From assembly GCA_036803045.1 (NCBI GenBank), contig DAIRVA010000001.1, positions 833 to 64,832 of the forward strand: a stretch of 64,000 nucleotides of DNA, written 5' to 3'. The notes under the pieces were generated by a model. That model was given only the letters and a program-made list of their open reading frames with translations, was not told the origin of the DNA and searched no databases. Below are positions 1-9,979 of the stretch, piece by piece. A program made the position numbers and the translations under genes. Source of the stretch: Lysobacter sp. (GTDB lineage: Bacteria; Pseudomonadota; Gammaproteobacteria; Xanthomonadales; Xanthomonadaceae). Numbering within the stretch: position 1 is the stretch's first letter; each line of letters begins with the position of its first letter.

Positions 1-47
1 CCTCAAGCGACTGGCGGAGTCCGCAGGCTAGGCGGCATCCTGTGCGG

Positions 48-2141
48 ATGCCGATCTCCTTCCCGCTGCTGCTGCTGCTCGCATCGCCCGCTGCCCCGAC
101 GCAATCCCGGCAGGACACCGGGGCCGAGCAACTCGACGGCGTCAGTGTCGTCGGTCATCGCATCCCGCTGTCCCGCTTCCCGGGCGCGGTCACCGTGCTG
201 CAGGGCGATGACCTGCGCGATGCGCAGCGCCAGGTAAGCCTGGCCGAAACCCTGCAGGGCGTGCCGGGGGTGATCGCGCTGGAGCGCCACAACTACGCGC
301 AGGACCTGCAATTGCAGAGCCGCGGCTTCGGCGCGCGCAGCACTTTCGGCATCCGCGGACTGTCGCTGGTCACGGACGGCATCCCCGCCTCCGCACTGGA
401 CGGTCAAGGCCAGGCCTCGGGCTTCGCGCTGTCGATGCTCGACCGCATCGAGGTGCTGCGCGGGCCGCTGGCGCTGCAGTACGGCAACGCGGCCGGCGGC
501 TCGATCATCGGCCATAGCGAGTTGCGCGATGATGACCGGCTGCGCGTTCAGGGCTGGATGGGCAGTGATGAAAGCCATCGAATGTCCCTGCGTGCGGATG
601 GCGCGGCGGGCGATTGGCGAGGCCGCATCGGCCTGATGCGTTTCGCGACCGATGGCCACCGCCCGCACAGCGCCGCGCGGCGCGACGAGGCCCATGCCCT
701 CGCACGCTGGACGCCGGGCGAGGCGCACACGCTGACGTTCGTCCTCGATGCATTGGACCAGCCATGGACCGACGATCCGCTCGGTCTCACCTCCGCGCAG
801 TGGCAGGTCGATCCGTTGGGCACAGACTCGGTCGCGCTGGCCTTCAACACCCGCAAGCGCATCGGACAACGGCAGGCCGGGCTGCGCTGGGACTGGCGTT
901 ACGCACAGGGCCGCGAGACGCACGTGGCGCTGTGGCATACCCGACGCGACGTCGATCAGTTCCTCGCGATCCCGGTCGCCGTGCAGCGTCCGCCGTCGCA
1001 TGCCGGCGGCGTGATCGATCTGGGCCGCACCAGCAGCGGACTTTCGCTTTCGCATCAGGTGGAGGGCGCCCACGGCAGTTGGGCCACCGGCATCGACCTC
1101 GGCACACTGCGGGAGGCGCGACGCGGCTACGAGAACTTCGTCGGCAATGCATTGGGCGTGCAAGGCCGACTGCGCCGCGACGAAACCAACCACGTGCGCA
1201 GCCGCGAGTTCTGGCTGAGTGGAGAACGCCGCTTCGGCAGCGACTGGTCCATGCTGGCCGCGGTGCGCCACGCCGCGCTGCGCTTTGAATCGAATGACCA
1301 TTACATCGCCGCCGGCAATGGCGACGACAGTGGGACGCTCCGCTATCGCGAAACCGCATTCTCGGCCGGACTGGCGCGCCGCCTGGGCAAAGGCGAATGG
1401 TTCGCCAGCCTCGGACGCGGCTACGAAACCCCCACCGTCACCGAGCTGGCCTACCGACCGGATGGGGCCAGTGGACTCAATACCCGGCTCGACCCGGCCC
1501 ACTTCGCGACGGCGGAAACCGGCCTGCGCTGGCGCGACCGCGCGCTGGAGGCGAGCATCGCCATCTATCGCATCGAAGGCCGCGACGAGATCGTGCAGGT
1601 GTTCTCCAGCGGCGGTCGCAGCAGCTACGGCAATGCCGGACGCACGCGTCGTGACGGGCTGGAGGCCGCGCTGGTCGATGACCTGCACCCGAACCTATCG
1701 TATCGCCTCAGCGCGAACCTGATCGATGCCCGTTTCCGCGAAGGCTGGGAAACGGTGATCGTGCGGGGCGGCGAAACCACGGTCCGGCGCGTGGAGGCCG
1801 GGCGCCGCATCCCCGGCATCCCGCGCGTGCAGGGATTCGCCGCGCTCGAATGGCATCGCGCCGACCGCACGCTGGCGATGGCGCTGGAGGCGACCGGCAA
1901 CAGCGCGATCACCACCGAAGATGCCAACAGCATCGCCGCCCCCGGCCATGGCCGTTACGCGTTGTCGCTGCGCTGGCGCAGCCCGGAGGACGCCGGCTGG
2001 CACGCCTTCGCCCGCATCGACAACCTGCTGGACCGCCGTTACATCGGCTCGGTCATCGTCAACGAATCCAACGGCCGCAGCTTCGAGCCCGCGCCGGGCC
2101 GCAGCTTCACGCTTGGCATCGGCTGGCAGGGCGGCGAGTGA
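48..2141 (+). CDS. TonB-dependent receptor, YncD/PqqU-like
   Basis: Signal peptide; plug motif NYAQDLQLQSRGFGARSTFGIRG...DGIPA...DGQGQ and IEVLRGP..LQYGNAAGG; C-terminal NLLDRRYIGSVIVNE..GR.FEPAPGR typical of YncD-like receptors. Confidence 0.85.
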   Translation: MPISFPLLLLLASPAAPTQSRQDTGAEQLDGVSVVGHRIPLSRFPGAVTVLQGDDLRDAQRQVSLAETLQGVPGVIALERHNYAQDLQLQSRGFGARSTFGIRGLSLVTDGIPASALDGQGQASGFALSMLDRIEVLRGPLALQYGNAAGGSIIGHSELRDDDRLRVQGWMGSDESHRMSLRADGAAGDWRGRIGLMRFATDGHRPHSAARRDEAHALARWTPGEAHTLTFVLDALDQPWTDDPLGLTSAQWQVDPLGTDSVALAFNTRKRIGQRQAGLRWDWRYAQGRETHVALWHTRRDVDQFLAIPVAVQRPPSHAGGVIDLGRTSSGLSLSHQVEGAHGSWATGIDLGTLREARRGYENFVGNALGVQGRLRRDETNHVRSREFWLSGERRFGSDWSMLAAVRHAALRFESNDHYIAAGNGDDSGTLRYRETAFSAGLARRLGKGEWFASLGRGYETPTVTELAYRPDGASGLNTRLDPAHFATAETGLRWRDRALEASIAIYRIEGRDEIVQVFSSGGRSSYGNAGRTRRDGLEAALVDDLHPNLSYRLSANLIDARFREGWETVIVRGGETTVRRVEAGRRIPGIPRVQGFAALEWHRADRTLAMALEATGNSAITTEDANSIAAPGHGRYALSLRWRSPEDAGWHAFARIDNLLDRRYIGSVIVNESNGRSFEPAPGRSFTLGIGWQGGE

Positions 2142-2209
2142 ACGATGACGCGGCGTCGGCCGCGGCGCGCCTCGCATCGACATCACGCCGGCCGCCATAA
2201 TCTGCCGCG

Positions 2210-4063
2210 ATGCCACCGCCCCTGCCCCCGCAGCAACTCGATTTCCGCCAGCGTTTTTCGGCGATGCGCAACGTGCCGCCGTTCCTGCGCGAGATCTGGG
2301 GCACCAGCAAGCCGCTGACGCTGGCCAGCATCGGCCTGCGGCTGGTGCGCGCCTTCCTGCCGATCGCGATGCTCTACATCGGCAAGCTGATCATCGACGA
2401 GGCGGTGCGGCTGATCGCGCTCGACGTGCCCGGCAACCTCACCGCCGCGTGGCACGGTGGGCAGCTCGACCACCTGGCCCGGCTGCTTGGTGCGGAATTC
2501 GGCCTCGCCATCCTCTCGGACCTGCTCGGCCGGCTGGTGGGCTATGTCGACACGTTGCTGTCCGAGCGATTCACCAATGCGACCAGCATTCGCCTGATGG
2601 AGCATGCGGCGACGCTGGACCTGGAAGATTTCGAGGACGCCGACCTGCAGGACAAGCTCGACCGTGCCCGCCGACAGACGATGGGCCGGATGAACCTGAT
2701 GGGCCAGCTGTTCGGGCAGGCGCAGGACGTCATCACCGTGATCAGCTTCGCCGCCGGCCTGCTGGCCTACGCGCCGTGGCTGATGGTACTGCTGGCGGTG
2801 GCGCTGATCCCGGCCTTCGTCGGCGAGTCGCATTTCAACGCGCTCAACTACTCGCTCAACTTCCAGTGGACACCGGAGCGGCGCCAGCTCGAATACCTGC
2901 GCCAGATGGGCGCGAGCGTCGAGACCGCGAAGGAAGTGAAGATCTTCGGCCTCAACCGCTTCTTCATCGAGCGCTTCCGCACCCTGTCCGACAAGTTCTA
3001 CACCGCCAACCGCCGCCTGGCCGGGCAGCGCGCGTTCTGGGGCACGCTCCTGGCCGCGCTCGGCACGCTGGGTTATTACGTCGCCTACGGCTACATCGCC
3101 TGGCGCACGGTGCGCGGCGATTTCAGCATCGGCGACCTGACCTTCCTCGCCGGCAGCTTCCGCCGCCTGCGCCAGCTGCTGGAGAGCCTGCTGACCGGGT
3201 TCTCGCAGGTGGCGAGCCAGGCTTTGTACCTGGACGATCTGTATTCGTTCTTCCGCATCCAGCCGGAGATCGTGTCCAGGCCAGGCGCCCTGCCCGTCCC
3301 GCGCCCGATCCGCACCGGATTCGTGTTCGAGGATGTCGGCTTCCGCTACGCCGGCGCCGAACGCTGGGCGCTGCGCCACCTCTCTTTCGAACTGCACGCC
3401 GGCGAGGTGCTGGCGCTGGTCGGCGAAAACGGCGCCGGCAAGACCACGCTGGTGAAACTGCTCGCACGCCTGTACGACCCGGACGAAGGCCGTATCCTGC
3501 TGGATGGGCGCGACCTGCGCGATTACGACACCGAGGAACTGCGTGCCAACATCGGGGTGATCTTCCAGGACTTCGTGCGCTACCACCTGACCGCGGCCGA
3601 GAACATCGGCGTTGGCGACATCGAGGATATGGACAATCGCGCCCGCATCGCCGAAGCCGCGCGCAAGGGCATGGCCGACGAAGTCATCGCCGGGCTGCCC
3701 AAGGGCTACGACCAGGTGATAGGCCGGCGCTTCAAGGAAGGCATGGACCTGTCGGGCGGCCAGTGGCAGAAGATCGCCATCGCCCGCGCCTACATGCGCG
3801 ATGCGCAGGTGATGATCCTGGACGAGCCGACCGCCGCGCTGGACGCCCGCGCCGAGTACGAGGTGTTCGAGCGCTTCAAGGAGCTGTCCGAGGACCGCAC
3901 CGCCGTGCTGATTTCGCATCGCTTCTCCAGCGTGCGTATGGCCGACCGCATCCTGGTGCTGGCCGATGGCCGGGTCGAGGCCAGCGGCACCCACGCCGAA
4001 TTGATGATGCAAGGTGGCCGTTACGCCGAATTGTTCGAGCTGCAGGCGGCCGGCTACCGATAG
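2210..4063 (+). CDS. ABC exporter, fused permease/ATP-binding protein
   Basis: N-terminal TM helices; Walker A GENGAGKT, signature LSGGQWQK, Walker B ILDEPT, ISHR. Confidence 0.9.
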   Translation: MPPPLPPQQLDFRQRFSAMRNVPPFLREIWGTSKPLTLASIGLRLVRAFLPIAMLYIGKLIIDEAVRLIALDVPGNLTAAWHGGQLDHLARLLGAEFGLAILSDLLGRLVGYVDTLLSERFTNATSIRLMEHAATLDLEDFEDADLQDKLDRARRQTMGRMNLMGQLFGQAQDVITVISFAAGLLAYAPWLMVLLAVALIPAFVGESHFNALNYSLNFQWTPERRQLEYLRQMGASVETAKEVKIFGLNRFFIERFRTLSDKFYTANRRLAGQRAFWGTLLAALGTLGYYVAYGYIAWRTVRGDFSIGDLTFLAGSFRRLRQLLESLLTGFSQVASQALYLDDLYSFFRIQPEIVSRPGALPVPRPIRTGFVFEDVGFRYAGAERWALRHLSFELHAGEVLALVGENGAGKTTLVKLLARLYDPDEGRILLDGRDLRDYDTEELRANIGVIFQDFVRYHLTAAENIGVGDIEDMDNRARIAEAARKGMADEVIAGLPKGYDQVIGRRFKEGMDLSGGQWQKIAIARAYMRDAQVMILDEPTAALDARAEYEVFERFKELSEDRTAVLISHRFSSVRMADRILVLADGRVEASGTHAELMMQGGRYAELFELQAAGYR

Positions 4064-4112
4064 TCCACGCGCCTGCCGGTATGCTGCAAGCGACCCAACG
4101 CGAGCCCATGCC

Positions 4113-4847
4113 ATGCCCGACAACACCGACCGCGCGCCCCGCCTCGCCATCCTGGTCGATGCCGACAACAGCAATCCCGCGCGCCTGCCCGCCTTGCTGG
4201 CCGAGATCGCCAAATACGGCAATGCCAGCGTCCGCCGCGCCTACGGCAACTGGACGTCCGGCCACTTGGGCGGATGGAAGTCCGGGCTGCTCGCGCATTC
4301 GCTGCAGCCGATCCAGCAGTTCAACTACACCACCGGCAAGAACGCCACCGACAGCGCGATGATCATCGACGCGATGGACCTGCTCTACGCCGGTCATCTG
4401 GACGGTTTCTGCATCGTCTCCAGCGACAGCGACTTCACCCGCCTGGCCGCGCGCATTCGCGAGCAGGGCCTGACCGTCTACGGCTTTGGCGAACGCAAGA
4501 CGCCGCAGGCCTTCGTCGCCGCCTGCGACAAGTTCATCTATACCGAGAATCTGGGCGATGAACAGGCCCCGGCCAAGCCCGGCAAGACGCCGGCCAAACT
4601 CAAGACCGATCGACAGCTGGACGCCTTGTTGCGCGAGGCGGTCGATGCGGCGTCCGATGACGAAGGCTGGGCGCACCTCGGCGCGGTGGGCAGTAACCTG
4701 CAGCGGCTGCGATCGGACTTCGATACCCGCACTTATGGCTTCGGCAAGCTGAAGGACCTGTTCGTGGCGCACCAGGGTTATGTGCTGGAGTCCCGCAAGG
4801 GGGCGGACGGCAAGGCCACCATGGTTTATGTGCGTGGCAAAGACTGA
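4113..4847 (+). CDS. NYN (PIN-like) domain protein with C-terminal OST-HTH/LOTUS domain
   Basis: LAILVDADN, RRAYGNW, GKNATDSAMIIDAMDLL, VSSDSDF motifs; C-terminal GWAHLGAVG...DFDTRTYGFGKL. Confidence 0.85.
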   Translation: MPDNTDRAPRLAILVDADNSNPARLPALLAEIAKYGNASVRRAYGNWTSGHLGGWKSGLLAHSLQPIQQFNYTTGKNATDSAMIIDAMDLLYAGHLDGFCIVSSDSDFTRLAARIREQGLTVYGFGERKTPQAFVAACDKFIYTENLGDEQAPAKPGKTPAKLKTDRQLDALLREAVDAASDDEGWAHLGAVGSNLQRLRSDFDTRTYGFGKLKDLFVAHQGYVLESRKGADGKATMVYVRGKD

Positions 4848-4853
4848 GGGGCG

Positions 4854-5396
4854 CTAGAACAATCCCGCCTGCGGCCCCGGATACTGCAATACGCCGTCCA
4901 CCATCACCGCATCGGCATTGGGCGAATGCGGCTCGGACTTGCCCGGTGCCATCAGGTCGATCACCTCCCAGCCTCGCGCGACGAAATCGTCGGCGATCAG
5001 GCGGCGATGGCATCGCCACCACAGCGCTTCCGCACACATCACGCAGGTGAGGCGGTGCGATGCGACTTCCATCAAGGCCTCGCGTGCCTGGACGTATTCG
5101 GCGCTGGCGAGGTGGTCCGCATAGGCGCGGAAGGCATCGACCCGCCACGCGGTGTTGGGCGAGTCCGGCGCTGGCTTGCGGCGACCGCCCAGCGCCGGCA
5201 TCGGCAGGTATTCGATGCCGGCCTCGGCCAGTGCTCCGGGCATCGCGTCGCGCGAGAACTGCGGATTGCGCCGCGAGCCGGCGAAACGCCGTACATCGGC
5301 CAGCACCTCAATGCCGGCCGCCTGCAACATGCCAGTGAATTCCGGCCACGGACGGGTGGAATGGCCGATGGTCCAGAGCGTGCGGATCGATGGCAT
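4854..5396 (-). CDS. DUF488 family protein
   Basis: TIGHSTR, LADVRRF.GSRRNPQF, LGGRR, MCAEALWWRCHRRLIAD motifs. Confidence 0.85.
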   Translation of the reverse strand: MPSIRTLWTIGHSTRPWPEFTGMLQAAGIEVLADVRRFAGSRRNPQFSRDAMPGALAEAGIEYLPMPALGGRRKPAPDSPNTAWRVDAFRAYADHLASAEYVQAREALMEVASHRLTCVMCAEALWWRCHRRLIADDFVARGWEVIDLMAPGKSEPHSPNADAVMVDGVLQYPGPQAGLF

Positions 5397-5488
5397 GCGG
5401 GCATGATGCCCTGCCGCCGGTTTGCTCGAGGTCAATGCGCAGGTGCCGGGACCGGTAAAATGCGCGGGTTGCCAGAAACCAGCCCGAA

Positions 5489-6301
5489 ATGTCCGAATCG
5501 CCCTACTTCACCGAAACCGTGCTCGAGCTCCACCACTGGACCGACGCCTATTTCAGTTTCACCACCACCCGCGATCCCGGGCTGCGCTTCGAGAACGGCC
5601 AGTTCGTGATGATCGGCCTGCAGGTCGAGAACGCCGACGGAAAGGTGAAGCCGCTGGTGCGCGCGTACTCGGTGGCGAGCGCGAACTGGGAGGAGACCCT
5701 GCATTTCTTCAGCATCAAGGTGCAGGACGGGCCGCTGACCTCGCGCCTGCAGCACCTGAAGGTGGGCGATCCGGTGCTGGTCAGCCGCAAGCCGACCGGC
5801 ACGCTGCTGATCTCGGACCTGCACCCGGGCCGCAACCTGTTCCTCCTCGGTACCGGCACCGGCCTGGCGCCGTGGCTGTCCATCGTGCAGGACCCGGAAA
5901 CCTACGAGCGCTTCGAGAAGGTCATCGTCTGCCACGGCGTGCGCAGCGCCGCCGACCTCGCCTATCGCGAGCTCTTCGAGACCGCCCTGCCCAACCACGA
6001 GCTGCTGGGCGACATCGTCCGCGACAAGCTGCTGTACTTCCCCGCGGTGTCGCGCGAGGCGTTCGAGTATCGCGGCCACGACCATCGCGGGCGCATCACC
6101 GACATGCTGGCCGATGGCCGGGTCACCGATTTCCTCGACATCCCGCCGCTCGACGGCGCCCGCGACCGCGCCATGGTCTGCGGCAGCCCGGCGATGCTGG
6201 CCGATTTCCGCGCCCTGCTCGATGCGCGCGGCTTCAATGCCGCGCCGCGCATCGGCACTCCGGGCGAATACGTGTTCGAGCGCGCCTTCGTCGAGAAGTG
6301 A
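5489..6301 (+). CDS. fpr: Ferredoxin--NADP+ reductase
   Basis: RAYSVAS, GPLTSRL, GTGTGLAP, MVCGSPAM and C-terminal ERAFVEK. Confidence 0.92.
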   Translation: MSESPYFTETVLELHHWTDAYFSFTTTRDPGLRFENGQFVMIGLQVENADGKVKPLVRAYSVASANWEETLHFFSIKVQDGPLTSRLQHLKVGDPVLVSRKPTGTLLISDLHPGRNLFLLGTGTGLAPWLSIVQDPETYERFEKVIVCHGVRSAADLAYRELFETALPNHELLGDIVRDKLLYFPAVSREAFEYRGHDHRGRITDMLADGRVTDFLDIPPLDGARDRAMVCGSPAMLADFRALLDARGFNAAPRIGTPGEYVFERAFVEK

Positions 6302-6367
6302 CCTGCGGCGCTCACGCGCCTTTCCGGCCTGCGGCCTAGCATGGCGGATCCGTCGCGGGAGATCCCC

Positions 6368-7129
6368 ATGCGTCGTCGCTCCGCGCTCTTCGTGCTGCTG
6401 CAGCTCGGCCTGCTGGCGGGTTGCTACCCGCGCGCCGACCTGACACGGCCATTGCCGAGCGAGCTCGTCCCGGCGCCGAGGCAACCGGCGACGCGACTGG
6501 TGGTGGTTCTGCCCGGACGCAGCGACGATATCCGTGCGCTGCGACGCGCCGGCATAGCCGATGCGGTGCAATCGGCCTGGCCCGATGCCGACGTGCTGCT
6601 GTCCGGGCTGGCGTTGAACGTCTACATGGAGGGGCGCGCCGTCGAACGCCTGCAGCGCGAGATCATCACGCCGGCGCGTGCCGGCAAGGCGTATCGGCAG
6701 ACCTGGCTGCTGGGCGCATCGCTCGGCGGCATGGGCGCGATCATGTACCGGCGCGCCCATCCCGACGAGATCGCCGGCATGGTGCTGATGGCACCGTATC
6801 TGGGGGAGCCACCGCTGCTGGAGGAAATTTCAGCGGCGGGTGGATTGTCCCGCTGGCAGCCCGGCGACGGGCCGGAGCAGGCCGGCCCCGACGGCTTCCA
6901 GCGCGAATTGTGGCGGCATCTGCAGGGCTGGCAGTCCGATCCGGCCCTCGTCCGTCACGTCTGGGTGGGCCATGGCGATGCGGATTACCTGCGCGCGGCG
7001 ATTCCGCTGCTCGCGCCCGTGCTGCCCGATGGCCATGTGCAGGTCCGTCCCGGTGGTCACGCATGGTCCGTATGGACGCCGCTGGCGGGCGACATCCTGC
7101 GCCGGGCCGGGCCGGCCACGCTCGACTGA
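6368..7129 (+). CDS. Alpha/beta hydrolase lipoprotein
   Basis: Lipobox LLAGC; nucleophile elbow GASLGG; C-terminal GGHAW. Confidence 0.75.
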   Translation: MRRRSALFVLLQLGLLAGCYPRADLTRPLPSELVPAPRQPATRLVVVLPGRSDDIRALRRAGIADAVQSAWPDADVLLSGLALNVYMEGRAVERLQREIITPARAGKAYRQTWLLGASLGGMGAIMYRRAHPDEIAGMVLMAPYLGEPPLLEEISAAGGLSRWQPGDGPEQAGPDGFQRELWRHLQGWQSDPALVRHVWVGHGDADYLRAAIPLLAPVLPDGHVQVRPGGHAWSVWTPLAGDILRRAGPATLD

Positions 7130-7144
7130 GCGCGGCCGCCTGGA

Positions 7145-9256
7145 TCAATCCTTCTTCAACGACTCGACCAGCTTGACCGGCTCGGCGAAGGGCTTGATGC
7201 CCAGCTCGCGATAAACCTCGGCCGGGTAGTACACCGTGTCGCCCTTGATCACCGTGGCCACCTTTCGGATGTCGGCGATGTCGCGGGTCGGATCGCCATC
7301 GACCAGAATCAGGTCCGCGCGCTTGCCGACCACGATGCTGCCGCGATCCCCCGACACGCGCGCATATTTCGCCGGATTCCAGGTCGCGGTCTGCAAGGCC
7401 TGCGCCGGCGTCATGCCGGCATCCACGTACAGCTGCAGCTCCCGTTGCAGGGTGAATCCGGGCAGATTGTCGGTGCCGGCGACGATCGGCACGCCGGCGC
7501 GCTGCATGCGCCCGACGAACTCGACCATCTTCAGGTACGACTTGTCGTAGCGCGCCGCGGTCGCATCGTCCGGGATGTCGAATTCGGCGACGCGGAAGCC
7601 GCGCTGCACGTCCGGCGGCATGTGGTCGGCCACGGCGGCAAAGGCCTGCGACATCTGGCCCGGACGCTGGCGCAGGAAATCGAAGGTGGCGAGCGTCGGG
7701 TCGATGACGATCTGCTTCTTCGCCAGCAATTCGACGAAGTCACGCACGGGCGCGGAGTCGAAATCGAGGTCGGCCACTTTCCTGGCCGGCAGGTAGAAGC
7801 GTTCCAGCGTGCGCGTGTCGGTCTTGTCGTCGACCAGGAAATTCAGCATCAACTGGTTGATGTGCTGGATCTCGTCGTAGCCCGCATCAACCGCATCCTG
7901 CGCACGCAGGTACACGGGGATGTGGCCGCTCACACGCAAGCCCTTTTCGTGCGCGTAGGCCACGGTGTCCTTCAATATCGCCTTGGGGAAGGAGTTGTAG
8001 ATCTTGATCTGCGGGTACTTGTGCGCGGCATACCAATCGATGGCCTTCTTCGCCCCGTCGAGGTCCTTGACGACGAAACCGTTGCGCGCCGACATCGGGC
8101 TTTCGCCTTCCAGGAAACCGGCCGGCACCACCCTTGCGCCGAGCAACGTGCCCGCGCGCTCCTCGGCCATGATCTGCTGCAGGGTCTCGTTGTCGTTGCC
8201 CATGTCGCGGATGCTGGTGACGCCTGCGGCCACATCCAGCCCCCCGTTCCAGCGCGTGGTGTGCGCATGCGCGTCGAACAGGCCCGGCATCAGCACGCGG
8301 CCGCCGCCATCGAGGGTGCGCACGATGCTGGCCGTGTCCAGCGCAGCGCCGACGTGATCGCCCGTGGCCCAGCTTCCCTCGCCGACGCGCAGGATCCGGC
8401 CATCGCGGATCAGCACCGAAGATGGCACGCTCAACGTGCCCTTCTCGCTGTCGAAGATGCGCACGTCGTGGATCAGGGTGGTGCCCGGAATGCCGTGCGA
8501 CAGGCGGTTGTTGAAATCGACCAGCGCCTTGGCTTCGGCGGTCTTTTGGCGGACTTCGAGCCCCGCCGCATCCTGCTCCCAACCGGCCTCGATCATCTGC
8601 ATGAAGCCGGGCACGATGGAGGCGAAGATGCGGGGATGTTCGTCGGTCGTGGACCAGACGAACATCGGGGTGAAACCAACGCCGGTGAGCACCAGGAGAC
8701 GGAGGTGGCGGGCCTGTCCTCCGCGGGTCAGGGTGACTTCATCGACCACCCGCGATTTCAGCGTGCCCGAGGGAATCAGCGGCACCCCGGCATTGCCGCG
8801 TCTGGCCAGGGCCGCCAGCATCGGCGCATACGACTGCGGCGTACCCGCCAACGACCAGTACAGGGCGCCATCCTTCTGCGGCGCTGTGCCTCCATCCGAG
8901 GTGGTCTTCCAGCGGCCGACACCGTCCTTTACGCGCCAGGATTCATCGACCGGAGCGCCGAACGTGGAGGTGCCCTTGACCTGGTAATCGGCAAAGCTGC
9001 CGTCGGGCGCAAGGCGGTAGCTTTCCTTCAGCTCCGGGCCGCGTCCGTTGTCCTTGAAGATGAATTCGGTGCGGACGATGCCGTCATCGCCCACCTCGGT
9101 CGTCTGGTGCCCGGCCTGCTTGCCCCCATCGACCAGGATCACGTAGCGCAGCGTCTCGGCCGCCAGCGCCGGCATGGCGGAAGCCGCGAGTGCGATCAGC
9201 GCGAAGAAGAAGCAAAAACGCGCCCGGGCGCGTGACGGGAATTGCCGCATGGCCAT
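7145..9256 (-). CDS. Secreted amidohydrolase family protein
   Basis: Signal peptide; MPGLFDAHAH, AGTD, GSIVVGKRADLILVDGDP motifs. Confidence 0.85.
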   Translation of the reverse strand: MAMRQFPSRARARFCFFFALIALAASAMPALAAETLRYVILVDGGKQAGHQTTEVGDDGIVRTEFIFKDNGRGPELKESYRLAPDGSFADYQVKGTSTFGAPVDESWRVKDGVGRWKTTSDGGTAPQKDGALYWSLAGTPQSYAPMLAALARRGNAGVPLIPSGTLKSRVVDEVTLTRGGQARHLRLLVLTGVGFTPMFVWSTTDEHPRIFASIVPGFMQMIEAGWEQDAAGLEVRQKTAEAKALVDFNNRLSHGIPGTTLIHDVRIFDSEKGTLSVPSSVLIRDGRILRVGEGSWATGDHVGAALDTASIVRTLDGGGRVLMPGLFDAHAHTTRWNGGLDVAAGVTSIRDMGNDNETLQQIMAEERAGTLLGARVVPAGFLEGESPMSARNGFVVKDLDGAKKAIDWYAAHKYPQIKIYNSFPKAILKDTVAYAHEKGLRVSGHIPVYLRAQDAVDAGYDEIQHINQLMLNFLVDDKTDTRTLERFYLPARKVADLDFDSAPVRDFVELLAKKQIVIDPTLATFDFLRQRPGQMSQAFAAVADHMPPDVQRGFRVAEFDIPDDATAARYDKSYLKMVEFVGRMQRAGVPIVAGTDNLPGFTLQRELQLYVDAGMTPAQALQTATWNPAKYARVSGDRGSIVVGKRADLILVDGDPTRDIADIRKVATVIKGDTVYYPAEVYRELGIKPFAEPVKLVESLKKD

Positions 9257-9385
9257 TCTCCCCTCGCCGGAATCAGCGGATGCGGCGGACTATAGGCCCG
9301 CCCATCGCCGCGCGGCAACCACCTTGCCGCGCCATGCCCGAGCGCCAACCGGAGACGGCGTCATCCCGAGCCGTGCAGCCAACAA

Positions 9386-9814
9386 TCAGGCCTTGCCGGG
9401 CTCCGAGACTTCCTTGACCACCTGCGCCGTGGCTTGGTCCTTGCCGGCCAAGGCCAGGTCGGCCAGGGCGGCGACGCCGGCCAGCTTGCCTTCGGCATCG
9501 ACCACGATGACCCGGCGGATTTTCTCCGCCTCCATCACGCAGGTCGCATCGTACAGGCTGGTGGTCATCGACACGGTCTTGACCGGCGAGGTCATCGCGT
9601 CGCCGGCACCGCAGGTGGAAGGATCGATGCCGGCCGCCACGATGCGGGTGGCGATGTCGCGGTCGGTCACCGCACCCACCGGGCGGCCGGCTTCGTCGAC
9701 GACCGGAATCATGCCGCAGTCGCTATCGATCATCATTTGCGCCACGTCCGGCAGCGGCGTGCCGGTCTGGCAGCAGGACGGATTGGCGGTCATCACGCTG
9801 GTGACGTCGGACAT
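9386..9814 (-). CDS. CBS domain protein
   Basis: Two CBS repeats (VMT.NP...CGMIPVVD..G.PVG.VTDRDI; AMTSPV...IRRVIVVD..GKLAG). Confidence 0.88.
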   Translation of the reverse strand: MSDVTSVMTANPSCCQTGTPLPDVAQMMIDSDCGMIPVVDEAGRPVGAVTDRDIATRIVAAGIDPSTCGAGDAMTSPVKTVSMTTSLYDATCVMEAEKIRRVIVVDAEGKLAGVAALADLALAGKDQATAQVVKEVSEPGKA

Positions 9815-9979
9815 CGATGGACTCCATCAAGAAAACGGGAGGTCGAGCTTCCCCTGACCGGGGTCGGGATTGCGTGAATGCCCGTGGCCGCCGTTCAGGC
9901 GGCAGGGTCCGGCAGACAGGGCCCCGGGCGGATCGGATGCGATACCCTGAACGTTTCCGGATACGCAAAGGCCCTCTCG

